DNA of 20,000 bases from an uncultured virus (IMG/VR IMGVR_UViG_3300035696_002405) (Duplodnaviria; Heunggongvirae; Uroviricota; Caudoviricetes): IMG/VR virus record IMGVR_UViG_3300035696_002405; one strand, written 5' to 3'. Below are positions 1 to 7,917 of the stretch, piece after piece (within the stretch, counting starts at the first letter, position 1; every line of letters starts with the position of its first letter). The position numbers and the translations under genes were made by a program. The notes under the pieces were generated by a model, which saw only the letters and a program-made list of their open reading frames with translations, did no database searches and had not been told where the DNA came from.

Positions 1-135
1 CTCGTGGTACTTGCGCTCGAAGCGCGCCTCGCCCTCGGCCTTCTTGAACTGCCAATACCAGTAGCCAGCACCGCCGATCACGGAAAGGACGCCCAGATAG
101 AGCGACAGCTTGCCGTAGTCGGGCGAGCCACTCAT
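1..135 (-). CDS. N-terminal part of a membrane-anchored hypothetical protein (runs off window edge)
   Basis: Not in the ORF track. Manual translation from ATG at 135 gives MSGSPDYGKLSLYLGVLSVIGGAGYWYWQFKKAEGEARFERKYHE..., a single TM helix ending in aromatic residues then KK. It follows the stop of the 149..769 gene and has GAGG upstream. Confidence 0.7.
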   Translation of the reverse strand, partial: MSGSPDYGKLSLYLGVLSVIGGAGYWYWQFKKAEGEARFERKYHE

Positions 136-148
136 CGCGCGGCGCGCC

Positions 149-769
149 TCAGTGCGAGATCTTCTCGGGGACGAAGGTCGTGCCGCTCCCGCCGATGCTC
201 GGGATCATCGGCTTCTGTTGCGGGTTGATGACGACATCCTTGCCGCTCGGGCGCTGGACTGGCTGCGAGATGACGCCGCCCGTGCCGAGCGCCGAGTGGC
301 CATCGGGAGTCGGGACGTGCGTCACCGTGCCCATGACGCCAGCCTGGAGCGGCGGCTGGTATCCCTCGCCGGCAGGCGGGATGAACTGCTGGCCGCCGAT
401 CATCGGCTGCGCTCCGCCGGTCGGCTGTCCCTGGACGCTGCCGGCGAGGGGCACGTGGTTGTAGTGCTGCGCGGGCTGCTGCGGGGCGCCCGAGGGGACG
501 AGGGCCGACGCCGGACCTGCCTGCATTCCCGGCTCGACGAAGGTCGGGATCCCCGGCGCGCCGACCGGCGCTCCTTGGGGCGCGGAGCGCGCGTAAGGGG
601 CCTGCTCGATCCCTGCGTCGATGATGCCGAGTCGCGCGCACTCGTCGACGCACTCCTTCGCGAGCGCATGGGCCATCTGCTTAGCGCTCTCCATGTCGGA
701 GGTCTTCTGCGCGTAGGCGGCGAGCGCGTGCGGAACGAGCTTCAGGTACAAGTCTTTGGGAGTGATCAT
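149..769 (-). CDS. Hypothetical protein, short helical N-terminus plus Pro/Gly/Gln-rich low-complexity C-terminus
   Basis: ORF 149..814. Likely start is ATG 769 (MITPKDLY), preceded by GAGAGG. Co-oriented with its neighbours. Confidence 0.75.
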   Translation of the reverse strand: MITPKDLYLKLVPHALAAYAQKTSDMESAKQMAHALAKECVDECARLGIIDAGIEQAPYARSAPQGAPVGAPGIPTFVEPGMQAGPASALVPSGAPQQPAQHYNHVPLAGSVQGQPTGGAQPMIGGQQFIPPAGEGYQPPLQAGVMGTVTHVPTPDGHSALGTGGVISQPVQRPSGKDVVINPQQKPMIPSIGGSGTTFVPEKISH

Positions 770-832
770 CGGAGCCTCTCTGCCTTTCTTATCTCGACCC
801 CTGGAGCCTACCACGGGCCAGGCAGGCCCAGG

Positions 833-2194
833 TTAGACATTCAGGCTGAAGATCGCAAAGAACGGCACCTCGACGCCGTTCTGGACAGGTCCGTTTCCGG
901 CGAAGACGTCGATGGAGGTCACCCCCTGGAGGAGCGGGATGGGAACCTCGTTCAAGTTGTCCGGCGCGAACGGCCCAGCGACGCCTCCCCAGTCGAGGTT
1001 CTGCGTCCACTGGATGGGGATCGACTGGGGGACGTCCGTCGGGTTGAAGAAGCCGCCCATGAGCCTCACGGAATTCGCCCCCTGCGGGATGGGGATCCGC
1101 GCGCGGTTCGTGAAAGGCGCTGCTGGCGCAGGGCCTGAGCACGGGACCGTCCCACGGAAGACCCGCGTCGGGACCGAGTCGAAGATGGGTGTCGCCACGT
1201 AACCGTGCGCACACCAGCCGAAGTAGTTCACGGGGGCTGCCTGCGCGCCGGCCGCGACGATCGTGCCGGACCCATTGCCCTGCAGCTCGAGGATGTTCGG
1301 CGGCAGGTTCGAGAACGAGTCGTTCGTGAGCGCCGGGCCTCCCGGGAAGAGGAGGTAGACGCGGGTGATGTTCGGCGCGACACCGGTGTCCGAGGCGGCG
1401 AAGTAGCGCGGCGCGAGCCTGCCGGTCACGCGCATGAACGAGGACGCGGACGGTGCTCTGACCAGCGTTCCAGGCAGAACATCGGCGACGATGTTCGCCA
1501 CCTGCGCGCCGAGGTGCCCGAACTGGAAGATCGCGAGCGACACGACGCCGCCGAAAGGCGGTGCCACCCCGGGCCCCTCGACGATGCCCGACGGGACGAC
1601 GAGCAGCGGCGAGTTCGTGCCCTGGAGTGGCGCCTCGACCTCGACGTAACCGAGGATGTCTTTGCTCAGCTCGTAGCGCGTCCGCGCGAAGGAAGCCGGC
1701 ATGTCGAAGATCGCCTGGGCGCCCGTACCTTCGTCCTGCGTCGGGACGACGTCGCCGCGCTTGTCGAGGTACGCGCTCTGGGGCACGAGCGCGACGTCCT
1801 CGTGCGTGATGGGCGCGATGTGCCCGACCGCGGGATTCCCCTCTTTGCCGTATCGCTGCGGGAGACGGGGATCGGCCGACGGCTGGTTCTCGATCGTCGC
1901 TCGCCCTTGGGCGTACGCGAGGTAGAGGGGATTCTCGGGCACCTCCCAGGCCATCTGGGGGCCCTCTGCCCATGGCTCGAAGGGGCGCTGCACAAGCTCG
2001 CCGTAGATGTTGAAGGCGAAGCCCTCGGGCGCCGCCCTTCCCCACCTGTCGAAATCGAAGAGAACGGCCCCGGGGCCAACATACCCATGCTCTTCCGAGT
2101 GGACGTGACGAAGGCGACCGCCGGTTCCAGGGATGTTCATGCGAGGTGGCTCTCCGAAGCGAGGGTTCGACTGCTCGACCCCGTCGCCCGCCAC
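833..2194 (-). CDS. Hypothetical Pro/Gly-rich, beta-strand-rich protein (possible virion structural protein)
   Basis: 453-aa ORF with typical GC3 bias. Alternating hydrophobic patterns in the C-terminal two thirds. Function is inference only. Confidence 0.75.
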   Translation of the reverse strand: MAGDGVEQSNPRFGEPPRMNIPGTGGRLRHVHSEEHGYVGPGAVLFDFDRWGRAAPEGFAFNIYGELVQRPFEPWAEGPQMAWEVPENPLYLAYAQGRATIENQPSADPRLPQRYGKEGNPAVGHIAPITHEDVALVPQSAYLDKRGDVVPTQDEGTGAQAIFDMPASFARTRYELSKDILGYVEVEAPLQGTNSPLLVVPSGIVEGPGVAPPFGGVVSLAIFQFGHLGAQVANIVADVLPGTLVRAPSASSFMRVTGRLAPRYFAASDTGVAPNITRVYLLFPGGPALTNDSFSNLPPNILELQGNGSGTIVAAGAQAAPVNYFGWCAHGYVATPIFDSVPTRVFRGTVPCSGPAPAAPFTNRARIPIPQGANSVRLMGGFFNPTDVPQSIPIQWTQNLDWGGVAGPFAPDNLNEVPIPLLQGVTSIDVFAGNGPVQNGVEVPFFAIFSLNV

Positions 2195-2253
2195 CTAAAC
2201 AGCCGCCGGGAGTCCCCCTGATCTTGCGTCAGCTTCGCTAGAAAGACCAGACC

Positions 2254-2970
2254 CTACTGCTCGAAGCAGTAGAAAGCGAGAGAGGTTCCCGTGCAACACG
2301 GGTTGCCGGCGCCATAAGTCCAACTGGCCGTGGTCACACCATCATCCCCAATACCGGCGTGATACGAAGTCGAAACGCCGCAGTCTTCTACGACAGTCCA
2401 GTCTTGACACGTATTCACGATAGAGTCCGCAGTCCCGTCCGTCATCGTTCCGGTCCAGGCGAATCCCGCTAAAGTCGAGGAGTTGTCTGGAACGAACACC
2501 CCGTTCTCATTCTTGTTGATCGGATCCTTGATTGCTCCCGAGACAAGATCAGACCAACTCGTAGCAATCGTAGTCCCATCCACGAGCTGATACGGCACTG
2601 AGGCGTGCGCCAAGCGCGACGCCGCGCTCGTCGTGGACGTCGAGAGCCACGCCTTCCAAGTTCCTCCCAATCCGGCCGCCAGAGCGCGCGCGCTGCACAC
2701 GGCATCGGCCGCCGCGAGACCGCCGAAGTTCGACTCCGTCGTCGTTGAGGAAATAAAAACCCTCTTGAAGGTCGGACCCGCCTCAGTCCCCGCTTCTACG
2801 GAGGCATCACCGCGAGCATCCGACGCATCCGCCCCATCCACCTGGGTATCTCCAGCATCAGGATCCACGACGTACGAATCGAGAGGAGAGCCTCCGTCGC
2901 CAGCGTCCTCGAACAAGAACGTGTCGGTCGAGCACCCCGCGCACAAGAAGAAGATCAGCACCCGCCGCAT
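2254..2970 (-). CDS. Myxobacterial-type lipoprotein with DUF1554/endostatin-like (C-type lectin-like) domain
   Basis: Signal peptide and lipobox MRRVLIFFLCAGC, DAG-rich linker, then KRVFISS...GGLAAADAVC...AGLGGTWKAWLS...YQLVDGT...AWTGT...CQDWT...FYCFEQ, matching the DUF1554-like pattern. Confidence 0.8.
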   Translation of the reverse strand: MRRVLIFFLCAGCSTDTFLFEDAGDGGSPLDSYVVDPDAGDTQVDGADASDARGDASVEAGTEAGPTFKRVFISSTTTESNFGGLAAADAVCSARALAAGLGGTWKAWLSTSTTSAASRLAHASVPYQLVDGTTIATSWSDLVSGAIKDPINKNENGVFVPDNSSTLAGFAWTGTMTDGTADSIVNTCQDWTVVEDCGVSTSYHAGIGDDGVTTASWTYGAGNPCCTGTSLAFYCFEQ

Positions 2971-3530
2971 GAGAGTCCTCCGTACGAGATCGCGTCACTG
3001 ACACACGTCGAGTCCCAGGCCCCGGAGCAGCAGTTCGGGCGAAGAGTTGAGCAGATGAAGTTGACGACGGTGTCCGGGTCGCACCCGCTGACGAGCGCGG
3101 ATCCAGTCGAACAAGGCGAGTGGCCGCACGTTCCCTCGTCGACGATGCAGACGCAAGAACCCTTCTGGCAACCCTTGCCGGAGCCCGAGCAGACGCTGCC
3201 ACACCCTCCGCAGTTATTGTCATCGCTGCCCGTCGTGTCCGCGCAGATGCCCGAGCAGCAGACGAGACCGCCGTCGCAGCCCCCGCCGCACGCGCCGGAG
3301 TCAGCTCCCGCATCGGTCGCTGCGCCGTCGGACAGAAAGCCGTCGGTCGCAGCATCGGCGGGGTCGCCTCCGTCCAGCTCGGCGGCGTCGATTGCGGCGC
3401 CGCCGTCCCCGGCGTCGGGCCCCACGTAGAGCGGCTCGTCGCCGCTGTCCGGTCCGCCGAGGCCCACGGGCCCCGCGCCTCCGCAGGCGGGGGCGAGGAG
3501 AAGGACGATGGGGAGGACCCGCGCGAGCAT
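2955..3530 (-). CDS. Myxobacterial-type Cys-rich lipoprotein
   Basis: Probable start ATG 3530 gives MLARVLPIVLLLAPAC (lipobox), a DAG/DGG linker, CC.G.C.D...D.NNCGGCG..C (Stig1-like/myxobacterial Cys repeat) and C-terminal C.H..C.TG..L...C...IC.....CC...WDS.C. Overlaps the start of the next lipoprotein gene. Confidence 0.78.
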   Translation of the reverse strand: MLARVLPIVLLLAPACGGAGPVGLGGPDSGDEPLYVGPDAGDGGAAIDAAELDGGDPADAATDGFLSDGAATDAGADSGACGGGCDGGLVCCSGICADTTGSDDNNCGGCGSVCSGSGKGCQKGSCVCIVDEGTCGHSPCSTGSALVSGCDPDTVVNFICSTLRPNCCSGAWDSTCVSDAISYGGLSCGGC

Positions 3531-3592
3531 CTCCTCGAAAGCTACCACCGAAACACCTTTATGCAACTGCATGTAACTGTCCCTTTCGTCCT

Positions 3593-3874
3593 TCATCTGA
3601 GCCACAGGCACTCGAAGTCCGGATGTTGGTAGAAGCGCGCGTCCGTCGACGCCAGCACTGCCCCGTCCGAGCGGCGCTTTCCAATCGACCAGATCCACGC
3701 CTCACGCGAGGCGACGCAGAAGTCCACGCCCCAGCCCTGGGCACCTACCGAGTCCTCGGCCGACTCACGTGCGTCGCCGCGCAACTCGAAGACCCCCGGC
3801 TCGACCTCCTCGCAGGCGCTCACGTCCACGCACTCACCGGCCTCTAGAGCTTCCTTCATCCTCAGGTTCGTCAT
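3593..3874 (-). CDS. Small hypothetical phage-type protein
   Basis: ORF 3593..3892. Likely start is ATG 3874 after AGGTG. Globular-looking sequence (DFC...WIWSIG...FYQHPDFECLWLR). Confidence 0.65.
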   Translation of the reverse strand: MTNLRMKEALEAGECVDVSACEEVEPGVFELRGDARESAEDSVGAQGWGVDFCVASREAWIWSIGKRRSDGAVLASTDARFYQHPDFECLWLR

Positions 3875-3892
3875 CTCGTCACCTGACTTCAT

Positions 3893-3901
3893 ATGATAGC
3901 A
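3893..3901 (-). promoter_or_regulatory. Candidate extended -10 promoter (TGcTATCAT)
   Basis: Minus strand reads TTGCTATCAT in an AT-richer intergenic gap just upstream of the 3593..3874 gene. Confidence 0.4.
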
Positions 3902-4001
3902 ACTGGTATGCCTTGGGAGTCACGGCCACTCCACGTGTGGTTCCGCACCCCATGTGAACGGCCGTCCACATCATACCAACAAACTGTTCACATGCTGTTT
4001 T

Positions 4002-4655
4002 TCAGCGCCAGGGACCCTGCCGAACGCGTCCGTGCTCATCGTCGACGGTCGTGACGAAGGATCTGCCGACCTGCTCACGGGCCCCGTAGAAGAAGAGGAG
4101 CGGATTCTCATGCCGGATGACCTCGAAGAGTTCCTCCATCCGCTTCAGGTGTTGAACGAAGTGCCGCACCCGCTCCCAGCCGAGGAGGGCGAGCTTGCTG
4201 TCCGCGATCATCTTCGCGAGCGCGAGCGCTGCGCTCCTCGCCTCCTCGGGAGGAGTCTTCTCGTGCGTCGCGAGCGCGAGGTACTTCTCGGCCTTCTCCT
4301 CGATCTTCTCGCATTCCTCCACGTTGAAGATCTCGATCTTGGGCCCCGAGGACCCGCCGCCAAGCTCGACCTCGTACTCCTGCATCTTCTGGCGAAGGCC
4401 GTCGATGAAGGACTCAAGCTCGAGCGGGAAGCGCTTGCCGCGTCGGCGCGGGACGAGGTGGTTCGCGAGCGCGTAGCCGGCGGCTCGCCAGTTCTTGATC
4501 ACCGCCGACTGTTCGGGGTCCAGTTCGTCGTGCGTGAGCGGATGGAAGCGGACTTCGGGATGGACCTTCGCGATCAAGAGGTTCGCGACGTCCTTCCAGA
4601 ACCCTTCCTGCTCCGACTCTTTCTGCCCGTACCTGCGCGCTCCGGTGTAGTCCAT
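4002..4655 (-). CDS. Hypothetical protein with DUF2786-like helical motif
   Basis: KIEEKAEKYLALATHEKTPPEEARSAALALAKMI resembles the DUF2786 consensus (KI.KLLALA.....EA..A...A..L). GAGG-like RBS upstream. Confidence 0.7.
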   Translation of the reverse strand: MDYTGARRYGQKESEQEGFWKDVANLLIAKVHPEVRFHPLTHDELDPEQSAVIKNWRAAGYALANHLVPRRRGKRFPLELESFIDGLRQKMQEYEVELGGGSSGPKIEIFNVEECEKIEEKAEKYLALATHEKTPPEEARSAALALAKMIADSKLALLGWERVRHFVQHLKRMEELFEVIRHENPLLFFYGAREQVGRSFVTTVDDEHGRVRQGPWR

Positions 4656-4684
4656 CGATCAGCCTCGCTCCTCAGCTCGGCGCC

Positions 4685-5131
4685 TCACGCCTGCCCAATC
4701 TTACACCGCCCACACGAACAGTCGGGGCGATGCGCAGCGTGGCACGAGCACCCGACCTTGTGCTCGGGTCCGACCTGACACTGGACCCCGCGCGCAGAGG
4801 TTCGGCACCTGACTTCCGAGCCGCACTCCGGGCACCTGCCCCAATAGATGACGTGGTCTCCCGTGACCTGCTCGACCTGGACCGTCTTCGGAGAGCTTTC
4901 GACGAGCCTCTCGAGCAGAAACTTCATGATCCTCTTGCGAGATCGCTCGGTGAAGCGCGTCCGCGTGAAAACGTCGATGCGCTTCATCAGGTGCGGCGCA
5001 CGCATGCACGCCGATCCCTCTGTGCACGTGTGGACATGAGAGGCGAGTGCCTCGATGAGGGCGAACGCTGCCGCCTCGGCTGGCGTCAGTGTGCGCGGAC
5101 CCTTCGCGCTCTTCGTCTCCGCGGCAGCCAT
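4685..5131 (-). CDS. Cys/His-rich zinc-finger protein
   Basis: Start ATG 5131 overlaps the upstream stop (TGATG). Motifs HVHTC...C, CPEC, HKVGCSCHAAHRPDCSCGRC. Confidence 0.7.
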   Translation of the reverse strand: MAAAETKSAKGPRTLTPAEAAAFALIEALASHVHTCTEGSACMRAPHLMKRIDVFTRTRFTERSRKRIMKFLLERLVESSPKTVQVEQVTGDHVIYWGRCPECGSEVRCRTSARGVQCQVGPEHKVGCSCHAAHRPDCSCGRCKIGQA

Positions 5132-6579
5132 CAGGCGCCGCCCCGGCGTCGAAGCTCGTCGTGGTACTGCTCGAGGAGTTTCGAGAGATCGACGAGCGCG
5201 AGCTTGCACATCCCGTCGAGCGCGCCGAGGAGCTTCATCCCCGCGACCGGCTCGGCCCTCACCGCGGCGCCGAACACGAGAGCCATCTCGGCGATCCGCT
5301 CGACGGCCTCGTCGGACTCGACATCGCCGGAATCGCACGTGTCGACGATCCCATCAAAGATCGGAAGCTGCGCGGGCGTGAGTGCTTTGCGCACGACCTC
5401 GAGCTTGCCACGACCACGGAGAAGCATGACGAAGCGGCACGTGTCGAATGAGACCCGGAGGCGGAGCTGGTCGAGATCCGAGACCTCGCCCCGAGCTTCG
5501 ACACCATCGGTCCGCGATTCCGTATCCGCGGCTCGCTGGTCGCTGCCATCACCACCGCTGCCTGTGGTCCCTGCGGTCCCCTGTTCCTCGACCTCGGCGT
5601 CCTCAACCGAGGATTTGTTCGGCGCATCACCTGATTCTTTCCCGGGGGGAGAGGAAGAGACTTTCGGTTTCCAAGCCTTGACCCTGCCGCCACCATTGCC
5701 ATTCCGACCATTTCCCTCGCCACCGTGACCATTGCCGCCACGACTCTCTGCCTCGCGCTTCTGACGTTCGCGTTCCTGGTACCACTCGATGAACCCAGGC
5801 TCGTACTCGGCGTTCGGACCCTGGCTGAATCGCTGGAGCGCCCCAAGCACGAAGGGGAGCGCTTTCGGACCCTCCTCCTTGAGGAGTTGCCAGATCTCCT
5901 CCTTCATCTTCGCGTTCTGCTCCTCTTCCTTGCGCTGCTTCTTGCGCTCGTAGTCGTGGTCCTCCGCGTTCAACTCGATCTGGCGAAGCTTCGCCTCACG
6001 ATCGGTGTACTCGGTAACGACGCCCGCGAAATGTTGGTTTGACTTCATGAGCGTGTCCCAGAGGTGCGTCGCGCGCTTCTCGAGCCGATCCTCTTTCTCC
6101 GAGACGTACTTGAGGATGTCAGGCATGATGCGCTCGGCGAACGGGGAGCCGTCCTGACCTGGACGCCCAAAGCCGCCGCCGTGCGGCGTCAACGCGAGGT
6201 GTTGAACCTCCTGCCCGCCTGGCAGCTTGAAGAAGAAGCGCGAGCGGTTCGGATGGTCCTTCGCGTCGAAGATGAGCGCGTAGATGACCTCTGCGGCGGG
6301 CTGGAAGGCGGCGTCACGACACGCGGCCAGCTCGATACCGCGAACGATCGTCTCGAGCGAGATCCCCTTGCCATAAAGGTCCCGCTCCTCCCATTCGGCG
6401 ACCTCCTGCTCGTGGCCGCGTTCGTCGCGGTGCTTGAGCTTGATGCGGACGATCTTCCGCCAGTCCTCCTCGTTGTTTTTCTCAGGAGGACCGCTCGAGG
6501 GCTTGTCGATGCCGAGGTGCTGGGCAAGGCCGACCCTGACCTCGCGCATGACGTTGACAGGGAAATCGTAAGAGGGCAT
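5131..6579 (-). CDS. Hypothetical protein with coiled-coil segment, disordered acidic/Gly linker and helical C-terminal domain
   Basis: ORF 5131..6684. Likely start is ATG 6579, because the upstream extension runs through an AT-rich intergenic-like tract. Strong GC3 bias through most of the ORF. Confidence 0.78.
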   Translation of the reverse strand: MPSYDFPVNVMREVRVGLAQHLGIDKPSSGPPEKNNEEDWRKIVRIKLKHRDERGHEQEVAEWEERDLYGKGISLETIVRGIELAACRDAAFQPAAEVIYALIFDAKDHPNRSRFFFKLPGGQEVQHLALTPHGGGFGRPGQDGSPFAERIMPDILKYVSEKEDRLEKRATHLWDTLMKSNQHFAGVVTEYTDREAKLRQIELNAEDHDYERKKQRKEEEQNAKMKEEIWQLLKEEGPKALPFVLGALQRFSQGPNAEYEPGFIEWYQERERQKREAESRGGNGHGGEGNGRNGNGGGRVKAWKPKVSSSPPGKESGDAPNKSSVEDAEVEEQGTAGTTGSGGDGSDQRAADTESRTDGVEARGEVSDLDQLRLRVSFDTCRFVMLLRGRGKLEVVRKALTPAQLPIFDGIVDTCDSGDVESDEAVERIAEMALVFGAAVRAEPVAGMKLLGALDGMCKLALVDLSKLLEQYHDELRRRGGA

Positions 6580-6600
6580 CGACTTCGAAAGTAGTTCATG

Positions 6601-6700
6601 CCCCTGGGAAAACAAGCGCCCCAAGAAGAAACAAAACAAAAACCATGCGGTTCCCCAGGGGTGATTGCAAATTGCAGTACACAAACTACTCTAGCTAGGT
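6601..6700. promoter_or_regulatory. Divergent promoter/operator region
   Basis: AT-rich A-tracts, imperfect inverted repeat CCCCTGGGAA (6601-6610) / TTCCCCAGGGG (6651-6661), palindrome TGCAAATTGCA (6666-6676), and TTGCAA-16nt-TACTCT (6665-6692), all between divergent genes. Confidence 0.6.
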
Positions 6701-6702
6701 CC

Positions 6703-7665
6703 GTGGAAAAGCCACAAGAATCCCCTCAAAACAAGGACGTCAAGACTAGGTTCTCTTCTGTCGAACCATCTTCTGGCGAAGCAACATCTCCCCCGACTCC
6801 GGCCTCGGCCAAACGAAAACCGGGTCGCAAGGCAAACCGGAGGAAGCGGCTCGAACCCGTCTCACCGGAGAAAGGATTGTCGATCGAGCGCACGCTCGAG
6901 ATGTTCAGGGAATCCGGCGTCGAAGACCTTCAGAGCTGGTCCAGCCTGAGGCGCGCCTTCCACGACAAGAAGATCGCGGGCTTCATCCACGGGAAGAACA
7001 GGATTTACTTCAACACGACCGCCGTGCTCGAGGTCCTCGGGGCCGCGCTCTCCAAAAAATCGGGCAGCACGATCGACCAAGAACTCCTCATCCACTACCG
7101 CGAGTCGGAAATGAACAACCCCTTCTCCGCCGTCGAGAAGAGGATCGCCCCGACCCTCAGCAAGGCCATCCAGGTGTTCAACGACTTCAACATCGCCAAG
7201 CAGAACCCCTTCATCGCTGCCTCCGAGCGCGCGAGGCTCGCGCACGAGGGAAAACCGGACCAAGAAAACGCGAAGACAGCGTCGGCCGCGGTCGTCGAGA
7301 CCCCATGTTCCTCGTGCGGTCGCACGCTCGCAGCGGCGCGCGAGGATCACTCGCGCGTCTCTCGCGCTGCGACGGGGGGTCGCGAAGACCTCGATCTCAA
7401 CGAAGAGCGCGCGCTCGCCAAGTTCCAGGGAGCGCGCTGCGCGGCCTGCTGGACATGGCTTGCCCACGCGCCGATCGCACTGATGCAACAGGAACTGCAC
7501 ATGTTCTCAACAGGAAAAGATCCTGTCGGGCACGAGCCCGTTTCTTCTACCTCCGCGGACGCGAGCGGTGTTACAACGGCTGACGGTCTCGAGCGTGCAC
7601 CGGAGCACGCTCACGCCCCGGAGGTATCAGCGTCCAGCCGACCCGAGAGCAATAGGCGTCCTTAA
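6703..7665 (+). CDS. Putative DNA-binding regulator (excisionase/MerR-like HTH) with CxxC...CxxC Zn site
   Basis: LSIERTLEMF...SWSSLRRAFHDKKIAGFIHGKNRIYFNTTAVLEVL fits the HTH_17/excisionase-like pattern. CSSC and CAAC pair. Start uncertain (GTG 6703 or ATG 6598). Confidence 0.6.
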   Translation: MEKPQESPQNKDVKTRFSSVEPSSGEATSPPTPASAKRKPGRKANRRKRLEPVSPEKGLSIERTLEMFRESGVEDLQSWSSLRRAFHDKKIAGFIHGKNRIYFNTTAVLEVLGAALSKKSGSTIDQELLIHYRESEMNNPFSAVEKRIAPTLSKAIQVFNDFNIAKQNPFIAASERARLAHEGKPDQENAKTASAAVVETPCSSCGRTLAAAREDHSRVSRAATGGREDLDLNEERALAKFQGARCAACWTWLAHAPIALMQQELHMFSTGKDPVGHEPVSSTSADASGVTTADGLERAPEHAHAPEVSASSRPESNRRP

Positions 7666-7796
7666 CGCCAAACGCCTCGCCAGGTGGCTTAGACCTGGGA
7701 GGCGCCCGTCAACGCGTCGGCGGCGCATCGTTCCCATGCGCAAATGGAAGAATATCTATTCCGTTCGTCTTTGCAAGCGCTTTCCGCTTGACTCAG

Positions 7797-7901
7797 CCAG
7801 GGACCAGATCCAGGGAGCGCCAGGGACGCGCGACGGCTGCCACGGACGCGGCGAACGCGACGAACGCGACGAGCAGCCTGATCTGATACTGCAAATTGCA
7901 G
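7797..7901 (+). promoter_or_regulatory. Regulatory region upstream of replication genes
   Basis: CCAGGGA x3 (7797, 7810, 7820), CGAACGCGA x2 (7852-7869), GATACT -10-like hexamer (7885-7890) overlapping the palindrome CTGCAAATTGCAG (7889-7901). Confidence 0.55.
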
Positions 7902-7917
7902 CATCCATGGGAGCCGG

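Noticed and set aside
2254..2970. Diversity-generating retroelement target (C-type lectin-like fold)
   Set aside because: No reverse transcriptase and no template-repeat copy of the gene's 3' end in the window.
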